This document shows positions 19,239 through 29,559 of a stretch of 64,000 nt of DNA, piece by piece (position 1 is the stretch's first letter; every line of letters starts with the position of its first letter). Origin of the DNA: Candidatus Spongiisociaceae bacterium (lineage in GTDB: Bacteria > Actinomycetota > Acidimicrobiia > Spongiisociales > Spongiisociaceae); contig CBDCOH010000002.1 of the NCBI GenBank assembly GCA_965219685.1, positions 4,224,001 to 4,288,000 on the forward strand, read 5' to 3'. The notes under the pieces are model-generated. The model made no database searches. It saw only the letters and a list, made by a program, of their open reading frames with translations, and was not told where the DNA came from. The translations under genes were made by a program, and so were the position numbers.

Positions 19239-20567
19239 ATGGTTAGGAGACTCGTCTGGGTTGGTGTGCTCGCCGTGATGCTGGTGGGCGGGGTCGCTGC
19301 GGTCGGGGGAGGGGCGGAGAACAGGTTCGCAGACGATGACGGATCTGTCCATGAGCCGGCGTTGGGAGCTCTCGGCTGGACTGGGGTGGTTGCGGGGACC
19401 GAATGCGGTCCGGCAGCGATCTGCCCCGAAGTCCCACTTGACCGCTGGACGATGGCCGTGTGGCTGGCGCGCGCCAGGCAGTATCCGTACGGTGACCTGT
19501 GGCGCGGGCTGTCCTTCGCCGACTGGCGGGCGATTGTCGATGCCTACATGGAGGCCCCACTGCACGAGCGCGATCCCGTCGAGGAGACCCGGTTCGCCGA
19601 TGTGGATGCCGCCGATTGGAGGGCGACCTACGTGGAGGCGGTCGCCGCGAATGGGATCGTCTCGGGATGCAGGGCGGACCCACCGGAGTTCTGTCCCGAC
19701 TGGTCCGTGACCAGGGGGCAGGTGGCCGCCGTCCTGGTCCGCGCCTTCAACCTCGAGGGGGCCGACGCTGCGCTCGCGTTCACGGACATCGCCGGTGATG
19801 CCCACGAGGTGAGCATCCGGCAGTTGGCGAGCGCCGGGGTCACGGTCGGATGCGCGACGGAGCCTCTACGGTTTTGCCCCGGGGCTCCGGTTACCAGGGG
19901 CGAGATGGCGACCTTCCTCGTGCGGGCGATGGGACGCGCATGGGCGCTTCCCGACCCGAATCCCGGCGACACGGTCGACTGCGAGGACTTCGAGACCCAG
20001 GGGGAAGCCCAGGTGTTCTTCGACAGCTACTACCTCTACTACGGGGATGTGGCGATGCTCGACGATGGAGACAGGCCTCTGGTGGCGTGCGAGTCATTGC
20101 CGGCGACACCGTGGCGGTACTTGAAGGTCATCGACTCCGAGGGTGAGGTGTCGCCGTGGGTCGGGGTGTGGGCCGCTACGGATGGGGCAGCCGCGCGGGG
20201 ACAGCGTGCTCACCTGGGCGTGGACTGCGGTCAGCCGTTCCTGAGACTGGGAGACGGGCCCGTCGCCGGGGATCGGGTCTCGGTCGAGTTCGAGTTCCAC
20301 CCGGGCGGCGAGCTGTCGAGCGAGTCGTGGGCAGTGTCCCGGGAGGGTGCCGACAGGTTCCTCCTGATGGGCTTCGAGGGTGACTTCTACCAGCAACTCT
20401 GGGCTGGCGGCGGGGAGGAACTCCGCATCCGGGTCGGTTCCTACGACTACCGCTTCGGAGTGGCCGACTACGCGGCGGCCCTGGATTGGCTCAGCGACCG
20501 ATGTATGACCGACGCGAAGTCGGATCAGGGGGGATGGCCGTACTGGACAAGTCCCGGATGGGCTTGA
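19239..20567 (+). CDS. SLH-domain surface protein with Excalibur-like Ca-binding domain
   Basis: Signal peptide; three FxD...FCP..VTRGxxA repeats; DCEDFETQGEAQ...D...ACESLP. Confidence 0.8.
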   Translation: MVRRLVWVGVLAVMLVGGVAAVGGGAENRFADDDGSVHEPALGALGWTGVVAGTECGPAAICPEVPLDRWTMAVWLARARQYPYGDLWRGLSFADWRAIVDAYMEAPLHERDPVEETRFADVDAADWRATYVEAVAANGIVSGCRADPPEFCPDWSVTRGQVAAVLVRAFNLEGADAALAFTDIAGDAHEVSIRQLASAGVTVGCATEPLRFCPGAPVTRGEMATFLVRAMGRAWALPDPNPGDTVDCEDFETQGEAQVFFDSYYLYYGDVAMLDDGDRPLVACESLPATPWRYLKVIDSEGEVSPWVGVWAATDGAAARGQRAHLGVDCGQPFLRLGDGPVAGDRVSVEFEFHPGGELSSESWAVSREGADRFLLMGFEGDFYQQLWAGGGEELRIRVGSYDYRFGVADYAAALDWLSDRCMTDAKSDQGGWPYWTSPGWA

Positions 20568-20688
20568 CCTCCACTCAGGGTAATGCGGAGTCCGCCGGGA
20601 CGGACCCTCCGAGGGCCTGAACCTGGGCGGACGGGCGCCTGGAGACCCCAACACCCATGCGGAGACCGGAAACGACCCGATCTAACCC

Positions 20689-20737
20689 CGACTACCGATC
20701 ACCAACGACTGACTACCGACTACCGACCAGAAACTAG
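20689..20737. repeat. Degenerate heptamer array (CGACTAC-like)
   Basis: cgactac cgatcac caacgac tgactac cgactac cgaccag, next to the korB stop. Confidence 0.65.
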
Positions 20738-20741
20738 TCGC

Positions 20742-21743
20742 CTAGTCGACCGTCCAGGTGCCGAGGCTGGTGAGCAGCTTGGATAGGTCCCCGTTGCCGC
20801 GGGCCGCCTTGGACCGGGTGACCGCTTCCTGGAGGGCGTCATCGTAGACAGGCCGGTAGACGTCTCGGAAGATGCCTATGGGCGTCGGGCCGTAGGGTCC
20901 GTGGGCCAGGCGGGACAGGGCGAAGGCCTGGGAGGCGTCCTCGGCGTGGGCGTCGTGGACGATTATCTGCGACGGGCTGACCGAGGCCCGGTCGACGATC
21001 ACCGCCCGGCCGCCGTCCCATACCACGGCCTTCTCCTTGTTGGCCCCGAACACGATCGGCTGGCCGTGAACGAGGTCGATCCGGTTGGCGTAGCGCTCCT
21101 TCTTGCCGGTCAACTGGATGAAGGCCTTGTCGTTGAACACGTTGCAGTTCTGGTAGATCTCGATGAGGGCGGAACCGCGGTGGGAGTGGGCCGCCTTCAG
21201 CATGGCGGTAGTGTGCTTGCGGTCCATGTCGAGGGTCCGGGCCACGAAGGAGGCCTCGGCGCCCAGCGCCAAGCTGACCGGGTTGAACGGGTAGTCGATC
21301 GACCCGGCCGGCGACGACTTGGTGGCCTTGCCGGGTTCGGATGTGGGCGAGTACTGACCCTTGGTCAGCCCGTAGATCTGGTTGTTGAACAGCAGGATCG
21401 TCATGTCGATGTTGCGCCGCAGGGCGTGGATCAGGTGGTTGCCGCCGATCGACAGGAGGTCCCCGTCGCCTCCCACCACCCACACCGACAGCGCAGGGTT
21501 GGCCACGGCCACGCCGGTAGCGATGGCCGGGGCACGGCCGTGGATGGCGTGCATGCCGTAGGTGTTCATGTAGTAGGGGAAACGCGCCGCGCACCCGATG
21601 CCGGAGACGAAGACGACGTTCTCCCGCTTGATGTCGAGTCCCGCGAAGAAGTTCTGGACCGCGGCGAGGATCGTGTAGTCACCGCAGCCGGGGCACCAAC
21701 GTACCTCCTGGTCGGTCTGGAAATCAACCCGTGTGTAGCTCAT
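20742..21743 (-). CDS. korB: 2-oxoacid:ferredoxin oxidoreductase beta subunit
   Basis: WCPGCGD, SGIGC, GGDGDLLSIGGNH, NNQIYGLTKGQYSPT. Confidence 0.95.
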   Translation of the reverse strand: MSYTRVDFQTDQEVRWCPGCGDYTILAAVQNFFAGLDIKRENVVFVSGIGCAARFPYYMNTYGMHAIHGRAPAIATGVAVANPALSVWVVGGDGDLLSIGGNHLIHALRRNIDMTILLFNNQIYGLTKGQYSPTSEPGKATKSSPAGSIDYPFNPVSLALGAEASFVARTLDMDRKHTTAMLKAAHSHRGSALIEIYQNCNVFNDKAFIQLTGKKERYANRIDLVHGQPIVFGANKEKAVVWDGGRAVIVDRASVSPSQIIVHDAHAEDASQAFALSRLAHGPYGPTPIGIFRDVYRPVYDDALQEAVTRSKAARGNGDLSKLLTSLGTWTVD

Positions 21744-23644
21744 CGGCCTGTTATCTCCATGATCTTGGCGGCTATCTCACCGGATGTGAACGGAACCCCC
21801 TCCACCTTGTTGTAGGAGATGACGGGCCGGACGAACTCCGCCTTGATCATCCGGGAAAGCTGCCCGTTGTTCAGCTCAGGGATCAGCACCTTCTCGTAGC
21901 TGCTGAGGACGGTGGGCATGTTGGGAGCGAAGGGGCTGAGGTACCGGATCCGGGCATAGGCGACGTTGCAGCCCTGCTTCCTGGCGTTGCCCACCCCGGC
22001 CTTCACCGCCGAGTAGGTCGAGCCCCAGCTCAGCACCAGCAGGTCTGCCCCGCCGGGATCGTCGACCTCCACCTCGGGGATGTCGTTGGCGATGTTCGCC
22101 ACCTTCCACGCCCTGATGTCGGTCATGAGCTGGTGGTTGGCAGGGTCGTAGGAGACGTTCCCCGTCACCTCCTCCTTTTCCAGGCCTCCGATGCGGTGCT
22201 CGAGGCCGGGCATCCCCGGGACGGCCCACCTCCGGGCCATGGTCTGGAGGTCTCGCAGGTAGGGCAGGAAGTTGTCGCCGGCGTTCGGCCCGGTCGCGAA
22301 CGGGACCTCGAGCCCGGGGAGGGATCCGATGTCTGGCAGCCTCCACGGCTCGGAGCCGGTGGCGATGTAGCCGTCGGAGAGCAGGATGACCGGCGTCATG
22401 AACTTGACGGCGATCCGGGCTGCTTCGATGGCCACCTCGAATGCGTCCGACGGGGACGATGCAGCTACCACCGGGAGGGGCGACTCGCCGTGGCGGCCCC
22501 ACACCGCCAGGAAGAGGTCGGACTGCTCGGGCTTGGTCGGGAGACCGGTGGACGGTCCGCCCCGCTGCACGTCGACGATGATCATGGGCATCTCGGTTAT
22601 GACCGCCAGACTGATGGTCTCGCCCTTGAGTGACAGGCCCGGCCCGCTGGTGCCGGTGACAGCCAGCGACCCGGCGAAGGCGGCACCGAGCGCGGCGCCG
22701 GCCGCCGCGATCTCGTCCTCGGCCTGGAAGGTCTTGACCCCGAAGTTCCGGTGGCGCACCAGCTCATGGAGTATCTCGGAGGCGGGGGTGATCGGGTAGG
22801 AGGCGTAGAACAACGGCAGGCCGGACAGTTGCGAGGCTGCCACCAGTCCCCACGACAGAGCGGCGTTGCCGTTCACGTTCGTATAGACGCCCGGGGGGAG
22901 TGCAGCCGGCCGGACCTCGATCTGGCGGGCGAGGGTCTCGGTGGTTATCCCGTAGTTGTAGCCGGCCTTGAGAGCTGCGAGGTTGGCGTTCATGACCGGC
23001 TCGATGCGGCCGAACTTCTTCTTTACCCAGTCGGCCGTCACGTTGGTGTCGCGCCCGAACATCCACAGCAGGAGCCCCAGGGCGAGGAAGTTCTTCGAGC
23101 GGAGCACCGCCCGCCCGCTCACACCCGAGCCCTTGACGGCTTCCTTGGTGAGGGTCTCCATCGGTACTCGGTGGACGTCGAAGCCGGAGAGGGTGCCGTC
23201 TTCTAGGGGGCTGGTCTCGAACCCGGCCTTGTAGAGGTTGCGCTCGTCGAAGGCTTCCTCGTTGATGATCAGTATCCCGTCCTGGCGCAGGTCCTTGAGG
23301 TGGACCTTGAGGGCGGCCGGGTTCATGGCCACCAGCACCCCGGGCCGGTCGCCCGGAGTCAGGATGTCCCAGTCGGCTATCTGGAGCTGGAAGGACGAGA
23401 CGCCGGGTAGGGTGCCGGCCGGAGCGCGGATCTCGGCCGGGAAGGTGGGCAGGGTGGCCAGATCGTTCCCGAAGTTTGCGGCAGCGTCGGTGAACCGGTT
23501 GCCGGCCAGCTGCATCCCGTCGCCTGAGTCGCCGGCGAAACGGATCACCATACGATCCTGGTTTACGACCTGAATGCCCCCGTTCGGCCCCGCCGCCCCG
23601 GGGTCTGGCTGACCGGGGCCCGCTGCGTAGTTCTCGCTATCCAC
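21740..23644 (-). CDS. korA: 2-oxoacid:ferredoxin oxidoreductase alpha subunit
   Basis: IRFAGDSGDGMQL, YPITPAS, QAEDEIAA, QRGGPSTGLPTK. Confidence 0.95.
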   Translation of the reverse strand: MDSENYAAGPGQPDPGAAGPNGGIQVVNQDRMVIRFAGDSGDGMQLAGNRFTDAAANFGNDLATLPTFPAEIRAPAGTLPGVSSFQLQIADWDILTPGDRPGVLVAMNPAALKVHLKDLRQDGILIINEEAFDERNLYKAGFETSPLEDGTLSGFDVHRVPMETLTKEAVKGSGVSGRAVLRSKNFLALGLLLWMFGRDTNVTADWVKKKFGRIEPVMNANLAALKAGYNYGITTETLARQIEVRPAALPPGVYTNVNGNAALSWGLVAASQLSGLPLFYASYPITPASEILHELVRHRNFGVKTFQAEDEIAAAGAALGAAFAGSLAVTGTSGPGLSLKGETISLAVITEMPMIIVDVQRGGPSTGLPTKPEQSDLFLAVWGRHGESPLPVVAASSPSDAFEVAIEAARIAVKFMTPVILLSDGYIATGSEPWRLPDIGSLPGLEVPFATGPNAGDNFLPYLRDLQTMARRWAVPGMPGLEHRIGGLEKEEVTGNVSYDPANHQLMTDIRAWKVANIANDIPEVEVDDPGGADLLVLSWGSTYSAVKAGVGNARKQGCNVAYARIRYLSPFAPNMPTVLSSYEKVLIPELNNGQLSRMIKAEFVRPVISYNKVEGVPFTSGEIAAKIMEITGR

Positions 23645-23847
23645 TTCCTTGACTCTCTCTCAACGCGCGTGCGAGCGCTCTCCCGGGCGTTTCGGAGTGG
23701 TCAGCAACGTCGTCGGCCCGGTCCGAATTCCCCGGCGAGGCGCATGCGGCCAAGTGTACCCTGCCCGGCTGCCTTTCCGGTACTCGAATCCATTCGCAAC
23801 TTCCCCGCCACCGGGCGTTTCCGGCCGGACATGGGAACGTACCGGAT

Positions 23848-25221
23848 TTAGCCGGGCGGGGGTCTCGATGCCACCAGCCCGAGGCGCTCCAGTGCTTCCC
23901 CGACATCGAGCACGAACTCCTCCTCCCCCCAGGGGGCGATCAACTGGACGGCAGGTGGAGGCGTCCCGCCGTCTACGAGGGGCAGGGAGATGGCCGCGCA
24001 GCCCAACACGTTTACCAGGGATGTGAAGCCGCCCAGTACGTCGCCGGTCCAGTGGGGTTTCCCGCCGACCACGATCTCAGCGACCCCGATCGTCTTGCGG
24101 TTGTGGCCGACCGTCGGCGTCAGGATCAGGTCGTATCCGGAGAACATCCTCCGGGCCGCCTGGACCACTCCGGCCTTCCATCGCAGCGCCCGCGTGTACT
24201 CGTCGATGGTGGTGCGCATCGCCGTCTCCACGCGCTCGCGGGCTTCAGGTCCGTATGGCTTGTCGGGGTCGTCGATCCATTGCCTGTGGACGGCGGCTGC
24301 CTCGGCGGCGGACAGCGCGACGCGGATCGGATCCGGTACCAACGACCGGTCCCGAACCGGTTCGACCCTCGGGCCGGCCTCCTTCAGCCGTTCGCAGAAC
24401 GTTTCGAACGACGTTCGGATCTCATCGGATGTCGGTACCCACTCGAGCCACTCGACCGGCACGGCCACCCGGATCCGATCGAGCGAGCGGAGCCGCCGAC
24501 CTTGCCGGTCCATGGGGTCGGACCAGGGATCGCTGCGGTCGAACCCCTTCATGGCCGTGTACACGAGGCGGGCGTCTGCGCAGGTGGTGGCCAGCGGTCC
24601 CACGGTGTCCATCGATCCCGCCAGAGGGAACACCCCGGTGAGAGGGACCCGGCCGTGAGTCACCTTGAGACCGACGACGCCGCACAGCGCGGCCGGCACC
24701 CGGACCGAGCCGCCGGTGTCCGTTCCTATGGCGGCCGGGGCCATGCCCGCCGAGACGGCGACGGCCGATCCCCCGGACGACCCGCCCGGCGACAGGTTCC
24801 GGTCCCAAGGGTTGCGAACCACTCCGAACCAGGGATTCTCGGACGAGCCCCCGTACGCGAACTCGTCGAGCCCGGTGCGGCCCATGATGATCGCCCCGGC
24901 CGCCTCCAGCCGGTCGACCGCCGGGGCCGACACGGCGGCTTCCTTCCGGTAGAAGCCCGATCCGGCGGTGGTCACGTGCCCGGCGTGGTCGACCAGGTCC
25001 TTGAGGGCGATCGGGACGCCGGCCAGGGATCCGGTGAGGGACCCGGCGTCGACCAGGTCGGCCTGACGCAGCGCGCCGTCGGGGTCGAGTTCGGTGAAGG
25101 CGTTGAGGTCCGGGTTGAGGGTCTGGGCTGTCCCGAGGTAACCCTCCACCACCTCGCGGGCGGTTCTGGCACCGGTGTGGACCGCCCGGACGATGGACTC
25201 GACAGGGCCTTCCACGGTCAC
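23848..25221 (-). CDS. Amidase-signature family protein
   Basis: GVPIALKD, GGSSGGSA, GTDTGGSVRVPA. Confidence 0.92.
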   Translation of the reverse strand: MTVEGPVESIVRAVHTGARTAREVVEGYLGTAQTLNPDLNAFTELDPDGALRQADLVDAGSLTGSLAGVPIALKDLVDHAGHVTTAGSGFYRKEAAVSAPAVDRLEAAGAIIMGRTGLDEFAYGGSSENPWFGVVRNPWDRNLSPGGSSGGSAVAVSAGMAPAAIGTDTGGSVRVPAALCGVVGLKVTHGRVPLTGVFPLAGSMDTVGPLATTCADARLVYTAMKGFDRSDPWSDPMDRQGRRLRSLDRIRVAVPVEWLEWVPTSDEIRTSFETFCERLKEAGPRVEPVRDRSLVPDPIRVALSAAEAAAVHRQWIDDPDKPYGPEARERVETAMRTTIDEYTRALRWKAGVVQAARRMFSGYDLILTPTVGHNRKTIGVAEIVVGGKPHWTGDVLGGFTSLVNVLGCAAISLPLVDGGTPPPAVQLIAPWGEEEFVLDVGEALERLGLVASRPPPG

Positions 25222-25225
25222 CCGG

Positions 25226-26494
25226 CTACCAGACCAGTTCGGCGGTCTCCGGGTAGATCATTATCCAGAGCCTCCCCGGAGGCACCGTGATCGGATTACC
25301 GCGGGGATCCGTGATCCTGAACCATTCGCCGGCGCTCTCCCGTCTCCAGCGGCCCTCCGAGTACCGTCCCTGCCCGAACACGATCGCCCGGTTCTCACCC
25401 ACCGTGTTCCAGGCCGGCACGCACGAACCCTCCCCCGGTGGGCAGTCCGTGTAACGCTCCGCCATGAGCACGATGAGCACGTCTGCTCCTATCTGGCCGG
25501 TGTCGTCACCGTCCCGGCTCCTCCAGAGGTGCGGTTCGCCGTCCGACGACCGCAGGTATCTGGTCCCGTCCCAACGCCACACGACGTCGACATCATCGCT
25601 CCAGTCGAAGAAGATGTAGCTGGCGGTCGCCCCCACGGGACCGCTCAGGTCTCCCCGGTTGAAGAGGGTCGGCGGAGCCTTGCGCCCGTAGCCCCGTTCG
25701 GCTGACACCCGGCGGGCCTCGTAGGTGTCGACGTACAGGTTGTGGGGCGCCCTCCGCTCATTCCAGCGGGCGGTCAGGGGAGGGCCGAGGTCGCCGATCA
25801 GCGGTACGTCGTTCCTGGTTATCTTGCCGGTGATCCATGGTTGGCCGCCACTGATCAGCAGCACACCCTCCAGGGGCCTCACCAGGGTCCAGTCGGTGGG
25901 CCGGGCCGAGCGCATGGGTCCTACCCAGTCGGAGTCGGAGTTGTGGAACAGGGCGATGAACCTGGTTAGACCGCCCTCGACCACCAGTTCGTACACCGCG
26001 TCGGCCTTCTCGATCCCCGACTGCGGTTGGGCGTTCCAATGGTTGTCCATCTTGACGGCCACCAGCTTGCGGTCGAGGAGGTTCACGTCTGTCACCGGTA
26101 GCCCGGTCACGGGTGAGACCGGGCCCGAGTAGGCGGTCGTCGTGGGCCCGGCGGTGGTCTCCGTGGGGGACTCCTCGTCGCTGGTGGACCCGGCGGTGGT
26201 CTCGGTAGTGGGCTCGTCGGCCGTGCTGGATCCGTCGGCGGCGGCGGGTGCGGCGACGGTGGTACCGGTGCCGGCCGGCGCCGTATCGGCGGGCGATTCC
26301 TCCGCCGGCTGTGCCGGCGCTTCGCCGGTCGTATCTACCGCGCCGCTCTCGGCACCGGGCTCCCCCGCCGCGGTGGCGGTGGTCGTGCCCGAGGACGCGG
26401 CCGTGACGGAAGGAGTCGGGGCAGGATCCTCACTGCCACACGCGACCACCAGGAGCAGCCATACGATCAGTCCGGCTAACAGTTTTCGCGACAT
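25226..26494 (-). CDS. DUF3048-like lipoprotein
   Basis: Lipobox VVAC, Thr/Ala linker, AVKMDN...PQSGIEKAD.VYE..VEGGLTRF, GPMRSAR, APHNLY. Confidence 0.85.
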   Translation of the reverse strand: MSRKLLAGLIVWLLLVVACGSEDPAPTPSVTAASSGTTTATAAGEPGAESGAVDTTGEAPAQPAEESPADTAPAGTGTTVAAPAAADGSSTADEPTTETTAGSTSDEESPTETTAGPTTTAYSGPVSPVTGLPVTDVNLLDRKLVAVKMDNHWNAQPQSGIEKADAVYELVVEGGLTRFIALFHNSDSDWVGPMRSARPTDWTLVRPLEGVLLISGGQPWITGKITRNDVPLIGDLGPPLTARWNERRAPHNLYVDTYEARRVSAERGYGRKAPPTLFNRGDLSGPVGATASYIFFDWSDDVDVVWRWDGTRYLRSSDGEPHLWRSRDGDDTGQIGADVLIVLMAERYTDCPPGEGSCVPAWNTVGENRAIVFGQGRYSEGRWRRESAGEWFRITDPRGNPITVPPGRLWIMIYPETAELVW

Positions 26495-26539
26495 TGCGCT
26501 CAGAGTGTCTCAGAAACGGACTGCCAATTGCAACGACCT

Positions 26540-26714
26540 AATGGTGAATGGTGAATGGTGAATGGTGGCTGGTGGCTGGTGGCTGGTGGCTGGTGGCTGG
26601 TGAATGGTGAATGGTGAATGGTGAATGGTGAATGGTGAATGGTGAATGGTGAATGGTGAATGGTGAATGGTGAATGGTGAATGGTGAATGGTGAATGGTG
26701 AATGGTGAATGGTG
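26540..26714 (+). repeat. Compound heptamer microsatellite (AATGGTG)4(GCTGGTG)5(AATGGTG)16
   Basis: 25 units counted directly, 175 bp. Confidence 0.97.
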
Positions 26715-26811
26715 CCAACTCTTGACGGTACTCGACCACCGAGCTAGATCCTTGTCACGATGAGCCATGAGGCGTGGTAGTCGTTCACCGGCAACCGTGC
26801 AACCGGCCCCG

Positions 26812-27270
26812 CTACGGGAGTCGCCGAACTCCCCGGAGTGGCCAGTAGCGGGCTACGGCCACCGAGTGGATCTTCGCGCGGGTGATCGGGCCGGTGGACC
26901 GGCTGTCGTGCGCGGAGTCCGACCGGTTGTCTCCGAACACGAAGAATGAATCCTGCGGTACCGGCCAGTGACCGTCCGGCCGGGTGGCGGCGGTCCACCA
27001 AGGATCGTCGAAGGGTGCCCCGTCGATCATGAGCACTCCCGCCTCGACGGTCACCGTCTCCCCGGGGAGTCCGATGACCCGCTTGACGAGGTAGCGGTCG
27101 CCGGTCCGGTACACGACGACATCCCCGCGCCCCGGTGCGCGGCCGTTGCGGATGCGGCGGGTCAGCAGGTAGTCACCGGGCGCCAGGAGGGGTTCCATCG
27201 AGTGGTCGGCCACCTCGAAGCGGCTGAAGCGGGTCCGGAACCATGCGAACAGGGCGAGTGACGTGATGAT
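26812..27270 (-). CDS. S26 signal peptidase-like protein, probable Ni-SOD maturation protease (start uncertain)
   Basis: HSMEPLL (Ser), LVKRVIGLPGE (Lys), GDNR..S.DSR; divergent from sodN. The frame extends upstream through a TM segment (IITSLALFAWF) without a clean start codon. Confidence 0.75.
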   Translation of the reverse strand: MITSLALFAWFRTRFSRFEVADHSMEPLLAPGDYLLTRRIRNGRAPGRGDVVVYRTGDRYLVKRVIGLPGETVTVEAGVLMIDGAPFDDPWWTAATRPDGHWPVPQDSFFVFGDNRSDSAHDSRSTGPITRAKIHSVAVARYWPLRGVRRLP

Positions 27271-27381
27271 GGCGTTCGGCTCCTAGCGGTAGGGCGGGAG
27301 AGGAGAAGTCCGGTTGCGCCGGTGGGCCGGCGGCGAGTGTATTGTCAGGCGGGCAATACAACTAACCCCGAAGGAGACGAC

Positions 27382-27798
27382 ATGGGGATCTTCAAGCCGT
27401 CGAAGCTGGCCCACGCCCACTGCGACTTGTTCTGTGGCGTGTACGACCCGGCCCAGGCCCGGATCGAAGCCGAGTCGGTCTTGCAGGCCGCCAAGAAGTA
27501 CCACGGCAGCGACGACGAGGTCTTCCGGTCCCGGTGCATCGCCGTCAAGGAATCGCAGGCCGAGTTGGTCAAGCATCACCTGTCGGTGCTCTGGACCGAC
27601 TTCTTCAAGCCCCACCACCTGGAGAGGTTCCCGGAGTTGCACGGCATGTTCTGGAACGCCATCAAGGCGGCGGGGGATGCCAAGAAGTCGACAGACCCGG
27701 CCGCAGCTGAGGATCTGATCGCGCAGATCGATGGCATAGCCGACGTGTTCTGGCAGACGGACGAGTCCGCCAACGTAGGTCTCTACCCGCCTTCCTGA
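27382..27798 (+). CDS. sodN: Nickel superoxide dismutase precursor
   Basis: RBS AAGGAG; leader ending AHA then Ni-hook HCDLFCGVYDPAQARIEA; VKHHLSVLWTDFFK. Confidence 0.95.
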   Translation: MGIFKPSKLAHAHCDLFCGVYDPAQARIEAESVLQAAKKYHGSDDEVFRSRCIAVKESQAELVKHHLSVLWTDFFKPHHLERFPELHGMFWNAIKAAGDAKKSTDPAAAEDLIAQIDGIADVFWQTDESANVGLYPPS

Positions 27799-27844
27799 AC
27801 ACCGGGGGGTAGCAGTTCGGGAGCCGGCTGGCGAGCGGCGGTCT

Positions 27845-28606
27845 CTACTCGCCGACCAGATCCCGGCGCCTCAGTAGGGTTCCGGTCAGCATCACCGAGA
27901 TCAACGCCATGGCTGCCACCTTGGCGGCGGCCCCTCCCGCTCCGACCGTCACCCGGCCGAGTACCTGATCCACCGAGTCGTACGTGTCGGGTGTCACGGC
28001 CGCGAAGTCGGCCCAGGCGGACAGGACCGTGCGGTAGATGGAGGATGCCTGGATCCCCTCGATGATGCTGGCGAGGATCCCCTCCCATAGGAACAGGTAG
28101 CCGAGCCCGACCAGTGTCGCCCGGTTCAGCACCAGCCCGAGCGGCACGAACAGGGCAGCCGAGGCGAGGCTCTGGACGGCGACACCGGCGGTGGTGGCGA
28201 TCCCGAGGGACCAGTCGCCGCTCATGAGCGCGGCTACCAGCCAGGTGGTGAGCACGCCCGCCTCCAGGATGACGAAGGACGAGATGGCGGCGGCGATAAG
28301 CGCGCCGAGTGCGATGACCGGGCGTGACACCGGCTTCATGAGCAGGAAGGGAAGGGTTCGGGCTTTTCGCTCCTCGCCCAGCGCCGCGGTGGACACCACG
28401 AGGGCGGCCACGGGGTAGAGGGTGCCCATTCCCAGGGTGAAGGTGACGTTGTGGTACATCTCGGCTGCGAAGTCCTCCGAACGGCTCAGGGACACGAGGA
28501 AGATCAGCGGAGCCGGCGAGGCCGTGAGCAGGAACATGACGATCGACCGCCGGAGTCTCATCAGTCGGCCGGCTATCGAGCCCACGATCAGGAACAGGGC
28601 CTTCAT
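27845..28606 (-). CDS. ABC-2 type permease
   Basis: Multi-TM; LGEERKARTLPFLLMKPVSR. Confidence 0.85.
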   Translation of the reverse strand: MKALFLIVGSIAGRLMRLRRSIVMFLLTASPAPLIFLVSLSRSEDFAAEMYHNVTFTLGMGTLYPVAALVVSTAALGEERKARTLPFLLMKPVSRPVIALGALIAAAISSFVILEAGVLTTWLVAALMSGDWSLGIATTAGVAVQSLASAALFVPLGLVLNRATLVGLGYLFLWEGILASIIEGIQASSIYRTVLSAWADFAAVTPDTYDSVDQVLGRVTVGAGGAAAKVAAMALISVMLTGTLLRRRDLVGE

Positions 28607-29559
28607 CCCAGGTCCACCAGGTAGCGGAAGACGCTGTCCAGCGACTCGTCCTCGGGGGATACCTTGGTGATCCGGGCGCCGGCTTCGCGAGCGGCCATCG
28701 CGATGTCCTCGCCGAGAGCGCGGGCGTCGCCGGTCCTGATCTCGACCCCGGCTGCGTCGACCCGGACCGCCTCCACCCACTCGCCGGCGAGCAGCCTACG
28801 CGCCAGCGGTCTCGGCCGGTCGGTGTCGATCCGGATCCGGCGGGGCTTGTCGGACATGGCGTCGCGCAGCGCCGCCACCGTTCCCGCCGCCGCCACGCGG
28901 CCGTCCACCATCGCCACCACCCTGCCCGCCATGCGCTCCACCTCGGCCAGGACGTGGGACGAGACGATGATCGTGCGGCCCTCCTGTCCGAGGCTCACGA
29001 GCAACTCGATCAGGCGGGCGCGCTGGATCGGATCGGTGCCGTTCAGGGGCTCGTCGAGCAGCAGCACCTCCGGGTCGTGGACCAGCGCGGCCGCCACCTT
29101 GGCCCGCTGCCTCATGCCCTTGGAGTAGGTCGACAGCCGCCGGTCGGCGTCCCTGGTCAGATGCACTGTCTCCAGTGCATGTCGAGCGGCCGCCGGCGCC
29201 CTGTCGGCCTTCGACATGGCCGCGCTCCACTCGACGAAACGCCGGGCGGTCATGTGCCCGTACACGGCTTCGTCCTCCGGCACGAACCCCAACTGCCTGT
29301 AGACGCCGTGCTTCTTCCTCGGCGGGAGTCCGAGGATGGTCGCCTTACCCGACGACGGTGCCAGCAGGCCGGCGAGGACCCGCAAGAGGGTGGTCTTCCC
29401 GGCCCCGTTCGGTCCCAGCAGGCCGGTGACGCCCGGTCCGAAGGAGCAGTCCACCTCCGACACGGCCACCTTCGCTCCGAACCATTTCGACAGGCGGCTC
29501 GCCACCACGGTGGCCTCCTCCACGTGGAGGGCGTCGGTCGTCCCGCCGCGGGCGGTCAC
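28603..29559 (-). CDS. ABC transporter ATP-binding protein
   Basis: GPNGAGKT, YSKGMRQR, LLDEPLNG; GTG overlaps the upstream stop. Confidence 0.9.
   Translation of the reverse strand: MTARGGTTDALHVEEATVVASRLSKWFGAKVAVSEVDCSFGPGVTGLLGPNGAGKTTLLRVLAGLLAPSSGKATILGLPPRKKHGVYRQLGFVPEDEAVYGHMTARRFVEWSAAMSKADRAPAAARHALETVHLTRDADRRLSTYSKGMRQRAKVAAALVHDPEVLLLDEPLNGTDPIQRARLIELLVSLGQEGRTIIVSSHVLAEVERMAGRVVAMVDGRVAAAGTVAALRDAMSDKPRRIRIDTDRPRPLARRLLAGEWVEAVRVDAAGVEIRTGDARALGEDIAMAAREAGARITKVSPEDESLDSVFRYLVDLG

Noticed and set aside
26500-26768. ORFs encoding (HHSPFTI)n His-rich peptides, also at 55694 and 56192
   Set aside because: These are translations of heptamer DNA arrays. All frames give the same permuted peptide, with no RBS or coding context, although His-rich peptides near sodN were tempting.
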